A stretch of 64,000 nt of DNA from Longimicrobiales bacterium (GTDB taxonomy: Bacteria; Gemmatimonadota; Gemmatimonadetes; Longimicrobiales; Gaopeijiaceae), in NCBI GenBank assembly GCA_965116905.1, contig OZ220732.1, positions 4,000,001 through 4,064,000 of the forward strand, in the 5' to 3' direction. Every line of letters starts with the position of its first letter. The first letter of the stretch is position 1. Made by a program: the position numbers and the translations under genes. Positions 29,308 through 37,983 of this stretch are shown piece by piece. Under the pieces are notes generated by a model. The model worked only from the letters and a program-made list of their open reading frames with translations. It searched no databases and was not told the DNA's origin.

Positions 29308-30771
29308 CTACTCGAAGAACACCTCCCGCACCTCCCGCGGCGCCGGCGCGGTCACCAAGCTCACCGTCACCAGCAGCACCAGGGACACCGCCGGGCCGAT
29401 CAGCGCCGGCCACAGTCCGGCGATCCAGTTGTCGAAGGTGCCGTGCTCCAGGTAGCCGAGCACGTACCACAGCACGCACGTCGCTGCCCCGCCGATCATC
29501 GCGACGAGGCCGCCGGTGCGGGTCGCCCGCGGCCACCACATCCCGAGCAGCAGCGGGAATGTGAACGCCGATGCCAGCAGGCTGAAGGACATCGTGACGA
29601 TGAATAGAATCGTTGCGGGCGGGTCGATCGCGACCCCCATCGCCAGCGCCCCGATCCCCAGCGTCGTCCAGCGCGCGAGACGCACGCCCCGCTCCTGGGA
29701 AACTTCGCTCTTTGCCAACGGCACATACAGGTTTTCCACCACCAGCGAACTCGCGAGCAGCAGCACCGAATCGATCGTGGACATCGTCGCGCCGAGCACC
29801 GCCGCGACCAGGACCCCGCCGAAGAGCGGGTGCAGGAGCAGCTGCACCAGCGTGGGCAGAGCGAGGTCGGTCTGTTCCAGGTCGGGTAGCAGCACGCCGG
29901 ACGCAATGGCGATAAGCGTCGAGCCGATGAAGATGAACGACGAAAAGCCGATCGAGTAGACGAGGGCGCGCCGCAGCGTCCCGCGGTCCTCGGGGATCAG
30001 GAAGCGGGTGACGGCCGCCGGGGCCCCGCCGATCTGGAAGAACCCCCAGACGAGGAACGACGACACCACCCACATCGCCGGCATTCCGCCGAGGAACGAG
30101 ATCCCGTCCGGGTTGAACTCCGCGTAGCGCAGGTGCATGTCGCCGAACCCGCCCGCCGCGTGGACGGCCACGGGCGCCAGGACCGCGAAGCCGACGATCA
30201 TGATCGAGCCCTGGATCAGGTCGGTCCACGCCACCGCGTGCATGCCGCCGATCACCGTGTACAGGATGACGATGCCCCCGAAGACGAACAGCGCCGGCAG
30301 ATACGGCATCCCCAGCAGCACCTCGAAGAGGTTGCCCGCCGCCTTCAGCTGCGCCGCGATCAGCGGGATGAACGCCACCAGCATGAGTCCGGTCGCGGTC
30401 ATCGCCACCGCGCGCCCCGGATAGCGCGCCTGGAAGACGTCGACGATCGTCGTGCACCGGATCCGCGACGCCAGCCGCCGCAGCCGCTCGCCCAGCAGGA
30501 TGTACGTGAACCACGCCGCCGCCGCCGAGGACACGCCCGCGGGCGCAAAATTGTACCCCAGTTCGCGCTCCGTGCCCACCGCGCCCATGTACGAGCTGCC
30601 GCTCATCTGCGTGGCCGAGTACGAGAACCCGAGCGTCGCCGGCCCCAGGTCGCCCCGCGCCAGAAAGAACTCCTGCCGTGAGCGGTTGCGTCGGTTGAAC
30701 CAGAAACCGAGGCCCATGAGGGCAGAGAAGTAGAGGATGAGAATGACGGTGTACAGGGTCGCCGTGGACAT
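29308..30771 (-). CDS. Sodium:solute symporter (PutP/PanF-like)
   Basis: EFFLA, SATQMSGSSYMG, YTVIGGMHAVAWTDLIQ, ATMSTIDS; about 13 TM segments. Confidence 0.92.
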   Translation of the reverse strand: MSTATLYTVILILYFSALMGLGFWFNRRNRSRQEFFLARGDLGPATLGFSYSATQMSGSSYMGAVGTERELGYNFAPAGVSSAAAAWFTYILLGERLRRLASRIRCTTIVDVFQARYPGRAVAMTATGLMLVAFIPLIAAQLKAAGNLFEVLLGMPYLPALFVFGGIVILYTVIGGMHAVAWTDLIQGSIMIVGFAVLAPVAVHAAGGFGDMHLRYAEFNPDGISFLGGMPAMWVVSSFLVWGFFQIGGAPAAVTRFLIPEDRGTLRRALVYSIGFSSFIFIGSTLIAIASGVLLPDLEQTDLALPTLVQLLLHPLFGGVLVAAVLGATMSTIDSVLLLASSLVVENLYVPLAKSEVSQERGVRLARWTTLGIGALAMGVAIDPPATILFIVTMSFSLLASAFTFPLLLGMWWPRATRTGGLVAMIGGAATCVLWYVLGYLEHGTFDNWIAGLWPALIGPAVSLVLLVTVSLVTAPAPREVREVFFE

Positions 30772-30811
30772 CGCCGCGCTCAGGAGGGGCCTTCTGCCAT
30801 GGGCTCCATGC

Positions 30812-31087
30812 TCAGCGCCCGGTGCGGGCGTGAAGGATGGCCGCCGCGATCACGAACCCATATCCCCCATATAGTACGACCCATACTCCCCAGTCGAGAT
30901 TGTATGGGCCCGCTGGCCAGTCCACCAGCAGCCCGATGCTCCCGCCGACCAGGAAGATCGCCATCAGGATCATCGAGACGACCGGGACGCGGGTCGGCGC
31001 CTCGGGGGTGCCGCCCGCCACGCCCTTGCCGCTCGCCTCGGCGCCGCCTCCGTGCGCCGCGCTCGCCCCCTGCGCCCGCGCGCTCAC
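30812..31087 (-). CDS. Small two-TM membrane protein, probable SSS partner
   Basis: Two hydrophobic segments; GTGA overlap with the dipeptidase stop; directly upstream of the symporter. Confidence 0.6.
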   Translation of the reverse strand: MSARAQGASAAHGGGAEASGKGVAGGTPEAPTRVPVVSMILMAIFLVGGSIGLLVDWPAGPYNLDWGVWVVLYGGYGFVIAAAILHARTGR

Positions 31088-32337
31088 TGCCACGCCTCCT
31101 TCAGCACGCGAATGATGTTCTCGCCCATCACCTTCGCGATGTCCTCGTCGCTGTAGTCCTCCTTCACCAGCCAGCGCAGGATGTTCTTCGAGCCCTCGGT
31201 CGGGTTCTCGATGCCCCGCACGTAGTCCACCGGGATGTGCTGGGGGGTGGAGCTTGCGGCGGCAGCAGCGGCAGCCGCCCCGGCGTCGCCCGCCCCCCCG
31301 GTCTGCGTCTCCTCGATCGACAGCGCCGCGGCGTACACCTTGTGCAGCCCGACGTGGTCTCCGTACAGGGTGTCCGGCCCGAACGCCACGTGGTCGATGC
31401 CGACGAGGTCTTTCACGTACTCGAAGTGGTCCATGAAGGACTCGATCCCGTGGCGCAGGTGCCGCGGCGAGACCGTGGTGTGTGGCGCCGCCTCGATCCC
31501 GATCACGCCGCCCTTGTCGGCCACCGCGCGGATCACGTTGTCGGGCGCGAGGCGCTTGATGTTCCAGAGCCCGCGGGCTCCGGTGTGGGTGAGGAAGATC
31601 GGGTGCCGGCTGACTTCGACGGTGTCGAGGGTGGTCTGGTCGCTCGCGTGCGCACAGTCGATGGCGAGGCCGACCTCGTTCATCCGGCGGACCGCCTTGC
31701 GCCCGAACGACGTCAGTCCCCCGTCACGCGTCTCCTTGAGGCCAGTGCCGAGGGCGTTGGACTCGCTGTAGGTGATCCCCAGCACCCGCAGGCCGATCCC
31801 GTAGAGGATCTCGATCCGGTCGAGCTCGTTCTCGATCATCGCCGCGCCCTCCTGGGCCGCCACCAGCGCAATCCGGCCCTCGTTGTGCGCCCGGTAAATG
31901 TCGTCCACGCGCTCGCACTTGATGATGAAGTCCTGGTGCGCGAGATCGCAGAAGCGCATCCCCATGTCGTAGATGATGTCGTCCCACTTCCACCCGTTCT
32001 TCGACGTGATGCACGCCGCGCCGTCGAGGAAGTTGTCGAAGACGCAGTCCCACCAGGAGTCGGCCAACGCTTCGTAGGCGGTGTGCACGCGCCCCTCGGA
32101 GTCGTAGGCGCGGATCTGGTCGGCGCGCGCGGGAAAGAGGTGCGGGTGCTCGTGGAGCGAGATCATCAGCGTGCGCTCGACGAGGTCCAGGACGCGGGCC
32201 TCCTGGGCGGGCGTGAGCGGCACGAGGTACGGCTCGAAGATCGACTCGCCCTCGATCAGGTCGTATTCGGTGAAATCGCGGTGGCTCCGGACGTACTCGT
32301 AGGACTTGTAGCCCGAGTAGTTGTGGGTCAGTGGCAA
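31084..32337 (-). CDS. Membrane/renal dipeptidase family (M19)
   Basis: SLHEH, AQEG, GITYSESN, DGGLT.FG..AVRRMN, DCAHAS, THTGAR, HVAFGPD; TTG start at 32337 after GGAG. Confidence 0.88.
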   Translation of the reverse strand: MPLTHNYSGYKSYEYVRSHRDFTEYDLIEGESIFEPYLVPLTPAQEARVLDLVERTLMISLHEHPHLFPARADQIRAYDSEGRVHTAYEALADSWWDCVFDNFLDGAACITSKNGWKWDDIIYDMGMRFCDLAHQDFIIKCERVDDIYRAHNEGRIALVAAQEGAAMIENELDRIEILYGIGLRVLGITYSESNALGTGLKETRDGGLTSFGRKAVRRMNEVGLAIDCAHASDQTTLDTVEVSRHPIFLTHTGARGLWNIKRLAPDNVIRAVADKGGVIGIEAAPHTTVSPRHLRHGIESFMDHFEYVKDLVGIDHVAFGPDTLYGDHVGLHKVYAAALSIEETQTGGAGDAGAAAAAAAASSTPQHIPVDYVRGIENPTEGSKNILRWLVKEDYSDEDIAKVMGENIIRVLKEAWQ

Positions 32338-32517
32338 GGGGGTGCTCCGGCTGGCGTGGAACCGGGTGTTGGCCGCTCGGCCAATCGACCCGCCCAATAG
32401 ACGGCGCGGGGGCGCGGGCCACAACCGGGGGCGGGGCGGACCGTGCTGCAATCCTTCCGGGCGCTGACCCGAGTAGCTAATGTTACCCGGAGCGTAGCGA
32501 GTCGAGAGGAGGTTAGC

Positions 32518-32670
32518 GTGGAGACTCCGGTCACGGATGGCCTGATCGCCGGCATGGTGCAGGCGCTCGTGAGCGCGGCCGATCCCGAACAGGTCATTCT
32601 TTTCGGATCTCGCGGGCGCGGAGACCAGCGCGAACGATCCGATGTGGACTTGATCGTCGAGGCCCGATGA
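32518..32670 (+). pseudogene. Truncated minimal nucleotidyltransferase (MNT antitoxin-like) remnant
   Basis: GAGGAGG RBS and GTG; METPVTDG...PEQVILFGSRGRGDQRERSDVDLIVEAR* has the hGS..DxD motif but stops at 50 aa; no HEPN partner nearby. Confidence 0.7.
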
Positions 32671-32722
32671 GCGACGCCGCGCCATGCGGTGGTCTGCGTC
32701 CGCGTTACCCAGCCCACTCCCC

Positions 32723-33622
32723 ATGACCGAGTCCCTCTTCGCCTACAAGCCCATCCTGGCCGCCGCCGCCCTGGGCGCGATGTGGCTCATCGAGGGACTC
32801 ATCCCCATGTTCGAGGGCCGCAGGGAGCGGGTTCGGCACGACGCCTCGAATGTCGCTCTGGGCATCTTCAATGCGGTCGTCGCTTCGTTGATCTTCGCCG
32901 GCGCCACCCTGGTCGCGACCGAGTGGGCACGCGCCAACTCCTTCGGCCTCCTGCACTGGCTCGGGCTCGATGGCGCGTGGGCTTTCGCGCTCGGCTTCGT
33001 CCTCTTCGACATGTGGCAGTACTTCTGGCACCGCCTGAACCACCGGATTCCGTTCCTGTGGCGCTTCCACGCGGTGCATCACGCCGACCGCGAGCTCAGC
33101 GCCAGCTCGGGGCTGCGATTCCACACGGGCGAGATCGTGCTCTCCTCGGTAGCGCGGCTCGCAGTCCTGCCTCTGCTCGGCATGACGGTGGGCCAGGTGC
33201 TGCTGTACGAGGTCGTGCTCCTCCCGATCATCCTCTTCCACCACGGCAACGTAGGCGTGCCCGCGGGTGCGGACCGGTGGCTGCGCTGGCTGATCGTCAC
33301 CCCCTGGATGCACTGGGTGCACCACTCCGACTACCAGCCCGAGACCGACTCCAACTACTCCAGCGTCTTCTCCTTCTGGGACCGGATCTTCGGCAGCTTC
33401 CGCCTGGTCGCGGACCCGCGCGCGCTGACGCTGGGGCTGGAGGACGTCGAGCGGCGGGACTGGGCCACGCTGCCGGGCATGGCGGCGATGCCGTTCAGGA
33501 GGCGGCGGGGACGGCGGCGGGGACAGCGGCGGGGACGGCGGCGGGCCGGGCGGGACGCCGATCGCAGCGCCGTTGACCATCCGGAGGTCCGACCGGACCG
33601 CGCACACCGGCCCGGGCGCTGA
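32723..33622 (+). CDS. Sterol desaturase/fatty acid hydroxylase family protein
   Basis: His boxes YFWHRLNH, FHAVHH, FHH, HWVHH; NY...FSFWDRIFGS. Confidence 0.88.
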   Translation: MTESLFAYKPILAAAALGAMWLIEGLIPMFEGRRERVRHDASNVALGIFNAVVASLIFAGATLVATEWARANSFGLLHWLGLDGAWAFALGFVLFDMWQYFWHRLNHRIPFLWRFHAVHHADRELSASSGLRFHTGEIVLSSVARLAVLPLLGMTVGQVLLYEVVLLPIILFHHGNVGVPAGADRWLRWLIVTPWMHWVHHSDYQPETDSNYSSVFSFWDRIFGSFRLVADPRALTLGLEDVERRDWATLPGMAAMPFRRRRGRRRGQRRGRRRAGRDADRSAVDHPEVRPDRAHRPGR

Positions 33623-33623
33623 C

Positions 33624-34583
33624 ATGTCCGAACGCGCTCATCTCCCGCGTGCAGTCCGCGTCTTCGCCCCCGCGTCGGTGTCCAACCTCGGGTGCGGCTT
33701 CGACATCTTCGGCATGGCGCTGGAGCGTCCCGGTGACGAGGTCGTGGTGCGCGCCGCGAAGGGCAGCGGCATCGTCTCGGTGTCGGTGACCGGTGACGGC
33801 GGACGCGTCCCGACGGATCCCGTGCGCAACGCCGCCGCGCTTGCCGTCGACGGCGTGCTCGACCGGCTGGGGTCCACGGCGGGCGTCGCGATCGAGGTCC
33901 GCAAGGGGATCCCCATGGCGTCGGGACTGGGTGGGAGCGCGGCCAGCGCGGTGGCGGGCGCGGTGGCGGCCGACGCGCTTCTGGGCGGCGAACTCGACCG
34001 GACCGCGTTGCTCGAGTGCGCCATGATCGGCGAGCGCAAGGGCTCGGGCGCCGACCACGCGGACAACGCGGCGCCCTCGCTGATCGGGGGGTTCGTGCTC
34101 GTGCTGCCTGGCCGTCCCCCGAAGATGGTACAGCTGCCGACCCCGGACGATCTCACGGTGGCCGTGGCGCACCCGGCCATGGAGGTGGAGACGCGCCGCG
34201 CGAGGATGATCCTGGGCGACACGATTCCGCTGTCCGCGGGCGTGCAGCAATGGGGGAACGCGGCGGGAATGGTGGCCGGGCTGTTCAGCGGCGACTGGGA
34301 ACTGGTAGCACGGTGCATGCGCGATGCGGTGGCCGAGCCGGTGCGCGCGCAACTCGTCCCCGGGTTTGAAGCCGTGAAGGCGAGCGCCATCGAGGCAGGC
34401 GCAGTCGCGGCCGGGCTCTCGGGCTCCGGCCCGTCGGTCCTGGCGCTTTGCCGGGGACGGACAGCGGCAGAGAGGGCCGCGGCGGCAATGGCGGACGCCT
34501 TCCGCGAGGCGGCGAGTGTCTCGTCGGACCTCGTGGTTTCGAGCGCGAACGCCGAGGGGGCGCGGATCCTGGAGTCAGCGTGA
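33624..34583 (+). CDS. thrB: Homoserine kinase
   Basis: APASVSNLGCGFD, KGIPMASGLGGSAAS (GHMP), HADN, LSGSGPS. Confidence 0.94.
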   Translation: MSERAHLPRAVRVFAPASVSNLGCGFDIFGMALERPGDEVVVRAAKGSGIVSVSVTGDGGRVPTDPVRNAAALAVDGVLDRLGSTAGVAIEVRKGIPMASGLGGSAASAVAGAVAADALLGGELDRTALLECAMIGERKGSGADHADNAAPSLIGGFVLVLPGRPPKMVQLPTPDDLTVAVAHPAMEVETRRARMILGDTIPLSAGVQQWGNAAGMVAGLFSGDWELVARCMRDAVAEPVRAQLVPGFEAVKASAIEAGAVAAGLSGSGPSVLALCRGRTAAERAAAAMADAFREAASVSSDLVVSSANAEGARILESA

Positions 34584-34636
34584 CCCCCCCTTGTGGTCAG
34601 GTGCGCACGCCCCGTTGATCAGCGGGCGGACTCCCG

Positions 34637-36325
34637 CTAACGCTTCAACTCCAGCGACACCGCGACCACCGGCTTCTCCTCCGAGAGGATCAGATCCTCC
34701 GACACACGCGACATCCCGGACCCGGCGGTGACCGTGACCGCCCGGTAGTCGGCCGGCACGCCACACAGCTGGAATTCGCCGGCCGGGCCGGTTTCCGTCT
34801 GCTCCGAGCGGTACCGGACCCGCAGACGCGGAGGGACATCGAGCCCCGCCGTCCACTGCGCCACGACGGGTATCCCGGGAGCGACCCGCGAATCCGCATC
34901 GGCCACGCGCCCGAGAATCACCCCGCTGTCGGGATCCCACGTCTCCAGGTCCGCTCCACACGCCGTCGCCATGACCTCGCGAGGATCCGGGGCCCGTAGG
35001 CGGACCGCCGTCGTGTCACCGCCCGTGACTCGCACGTGCGTCAGCGCGTAGTCCCGATCCAGACCCATCAATGCGGGGCGCAGATAGGCCAACTGGTATG
35101 AGCCCTCCGGCAGTCCGCGAATCGTGAAACGTCCACGTGTGTCCACGCCTGCCTCCACACCCGTGCCCACCACTGCGACCCGCCCCTCCGGCCGGTCGAT
35201 CTCCCCGGAGACCACGCCCTCCGCCGGTGTGTAGGCCACACGGCGCGTCCGAGCGCCGAACGCCTCCACGACCCGTCCCCCCTCTTCGGCTATCCCGATC
35301 AGTCTCGTCCTCTGCATTCCGAAGACGCCGTCGCGTTCCAGGACCATCAGCGGCATGCGAATGTGCCAGTTCGACACGATCCAGCTTCCGTCCGGCAGTC
35401 CGCGGAAGTCGACGCGGCCGCCGATCTCGTCGCTCCCGTGCTCGTCCAGCAGCCCAGGGAGATCGAGATACCTGAAGTCGAGCCATTCGATCCCGCCCGT
35501 TTCACGGGACAGCCACAGGACCCCCTCGATGTCCGGTCCGCCCGATCCGTCGCGAACGGGGCGGAACTCCAGGCCCAGCAAATCGGGACGCGATGCGTCG
35601 GCGGCGCGCAGCTGCAGGCAGTGCGTGGCGAGGAAGTCGTCGGACAGCAGTACGTCGGCGTCGGGCGCGAAGTAGCGGTTGCCCGCAGGTTCCTCCAGGA
35701 CCCATCCACCGTCCACGAGCAGCTCCACCGGCCGGCTCTCGAAGGGCTGCCGGGTCGTGGTCCGCTTGTGCGCGCGGGTCTCGTTGCGGACCCGGAGCGA
35801 ACCGGGGTCCAGCTCCCGCATGTGTTTTTCCAGATCGTAGACGTACAGGCCCTCCGAGTCCGTGAAGCTCGCCGCGTTCAGCACCTTGCGGGCCTCCTCC
35901 CACGCGCGGTGCGTCGCCGCGCCGAGGTCGGAGCTCAACTCGCAGCGCCGATCCCCTGTCGCACGAATGCCCTCGATTGCAATCGCCCGGTGCGCCACGG
36001 GAATCCTGACCGCCACGGTCTCCTCGGGTCCGACGTCGAGGCCGGCCAGCGTCCGCGTCGCCAGCCCGAGCCGCTCCGCGCGCAACGAGTAGCGCCCGGG
36101 TCGGGGAACAACGAATCGGAAATACCCGTCCGAATCCACCAGGAACCGCTGGAGCCTCCGGTTGTCGGCATCCGAGAGCGAAACCAGCACCGCTGTGACC
36201 GGCGCCTGTGTGGCGGAATCCACCACGACGCCTTCGAGCACCTGCGCGCGGGCGGGCGCAGCAGTTGCCGAGACCGTTGCGGCCGCAGCAAGGACAGCAG
36301 GAATCCACGGAATCCTCGGGGTCAT
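34637..36325 (-). CDS. Exported protein with multiple carboxypeptidase-regulatory-like domains
   Basis: Signal peptide; GVVVDSAT...DSDGYFRF..PGRYSLRAER, APDADVLLSD.F..HC, GEFQLCGVP. Confidence 0.75.
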   Translation of the reverse strand: MTPRIPWIPAVLAAAATVSATAAPARAQVLEGVVVDSATQAPVTAVLVSLSDADNRRLQRFLVDSDGYFRFVVPRPGRYSLRAERLGLATRTLAGLDVGPEETVAVRIPVAHRAIAIEGIRATGDRRCELSSDLGAATHRAWEEARKVLNAASFTDSEGLYVYDLEKHMRELDPGSLRVRNETRAHKRTTTRQPFESRPVELLVDGGWVLEEPAGNRYFAPDADVLLSDDFLATHCLQLRAADASRPDLLGLEFRPVRDGSGGPDIEGVLWLSRETGGIEWLDFRYLDLPGLLDEHGSDEIGGRVDFRGLPDGSWIVSNWHIRMPLMVLERDGVFGMQRTRLIGIAEEGGRVVEAFGARTRRVAYTPAEGVVSGEIDRPEGRVAVVGTGVEAGVDTRGRFTIRGLPEGSYQLAYLRPALMGLDRDYALTHVRVTGGDTTAVRLRAPDPREVMATACGADLETWDPDSGVILGRVADADSRVAPGIPVVAQWTAGLDVPPRLRVRYRSEQTETGPAGEFQLCGVPADYRAVTVTAGSGMSRVSEDLILSEEKPVVAVSLELKR

Positions 36326-36414
36326 TGGGGGGTCTCCTTTGGTTGACGGCCCTCCGTATGTTTCACCCTACCGTGCCCCATGTTCCCCGACGCGCCCGCA
36401 AGCCCTGCCATGCC

Positions 36415-37746
36415 ATGCACCTGATCAGCACCCGCGGCGGCCCCGCCGGCCACACCTGGACCTTCCAGGAAGCCCTCTTCCTCGGCCAGGCCCCGGACGG
36501 CGGACTCTTCGTCCCGGCCTCCGTCCCGCGTCTGCCGGACGACGACCGCGCGGCCCTGGCCGACCTCTCGTTCCCCGAGCGGGCCTTCGTGGTCGCCCGC
36601 CACCTGCTGGGCCGCGAGATCCCGGACGACACCCTCCGCGAGGCCGTGCACGCCGCGCTCGACTTCCCCGTCCGCCTGCGCGAAATCGAGCCCGGCATCC
36701 ACATGCTCGAGCTCTTCCACGGCCCCACGCACGCCTTCAAGGACATCGGTGCGCGCTTCATGGCCCACATGATGTCGGCGCTTCGCCACACGGACGCGCC
36801 CCCACTCACCATCCTCGCTGCGACCTCCGGCGACACCGGCGGCGCCGTGGCGCACGCGTTCCACGACCTCCCCGGCATCCGCGTCGTGATCCTCTACCCG
36901 CTCGGCAAGGTCAGCCCCCGGCAGGAAGCCCAGTTCACCACGCTTGGCGGCAACATCACTGCTGTCGCGGTCCGGGGCGCCTTCGACGACTGCCAACGCC
37001 TCGCCCGCCAGGCCTTCGCGCACCCCGAACTCCGCGCCCGCGCCCGCCTCACCTCCGCCAACTCGATCAACATCGGCCGCCTCCTGCCCCAGACCTTCTA
37101 CTACGTGCACGCGTGGGCGGAGCTCGCGCGGTCGGAACCGGCGGGGTCGGCCCCGGCGCGGTCGGCCCCGGACTCGGAACTGGTTTTTTCGGTGCCTTCG
37201 GGGAACTTCGGCAATCTCACGGCGGGGCTGATTGCGCGTCGCGCGCTCGGAATGTCCCTCGCGCGCTTCGTCGCCGCGACGAACGAGAACTCCGTTGTGC
37301 CCGACTACCTTGCCGGAGGCGGCTTCCACCCCCGTCCCTCCCTCGCCACAATCTCCAGCGCCATGGACGTGGGCGATCCCAGCAACTTCCGGCGGATCCT
37401 GCACATGTTCGGCGAAGCCCCTCCGCTCACCGGCTCCTCCTGGACGGACCGTGAGACCCGCGACTGTATCCGCAACCTGTGGCGGCGGCGCGGCATCGCG
37501 ATCGATCCGCACACGGCGGTGGGGCTGCTCGGCCTGCGGCATGAACTGGGCCGGTGGCCGCGTGCACGCGGTGTGGTCCTCTCGACCGCGCATCCGGCCA
37601 AGTTCGCGGAAACCGTCGAGCCGTTGATCGGGCAGCCCATCCCGGTTCCGCCAGGGATCGCCCACGTACTGGACAGACCGCGCCGCTTCGTTGAGATCGC
37701 GCCGGAGCTCGGCGCGCTGGGCCGAGTGCTGGCTGCCGATCGTTGA
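36415..37746 (+). CDS. thrC: Threonine synthase
   Basis: APDGGLFVP, ELFHGPTHAFKD (PLP Lys), ATSGDTG, SANSINIGR, PSGNFGN, DPHTAVG, TAHPAKF. Confidence 0.95.
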   Translation: MHLISTRGGPAGHTWTFQEALFLGQAPDGGLFVPASVPRLPDDDRAALADLSFPERAFVVARHLLGREIPDDTLREAVHAALDFPVRLREIEPGIHMLELFHGPTHAFKDIGARFMAHMMSALRHTDAPPLTILAATSGDTGGAVAHAFHDLPGIRVVILYPLGKVSPRQEAQFTTLGGNITAVAVRGAFDDCQRLARQAFAHPELRARARLTSANSINIGRLLPQTFYYVHAWAELARSEPAGSAPARSAPDSELVFSVPSGNFGNLTAGLIARRALGMSLARFVAATNENSVVPDYLAGGGFHPRPSLATISSAMDVGDPSNFRRILHMFGEAPPLTGSSWTDRETRDCIRNLWRRRGIAIDPHTAVGLLGLRHELGRWPRARGVVLSTAHPAKFAETVEPLIGQPIPVPPGIAHVLDRPRRFVEIAPELGALGRVLAADR

Positions 37747-37983
37747 CGGCGCGCGTCCCGGCATCTGGCCGCGTCCGGACATGAGCTGTGTCCCACCATC
37801 TGCAGTGCGACGGTTAGTATAGTTTACGCCACAAACTGCACCAACAGCACGACGGGGGCTGCAGGGGCACATCGAGTGCCCGGTGGAGCCTGACCGTTGT
37901 TCTTGCGGCCCGCGACCACGCAGTCCCACGTTGCGGCACACGCCCAGAAGCGACGCGGCCACCACGCCGAGCTGGAGCCAGCC

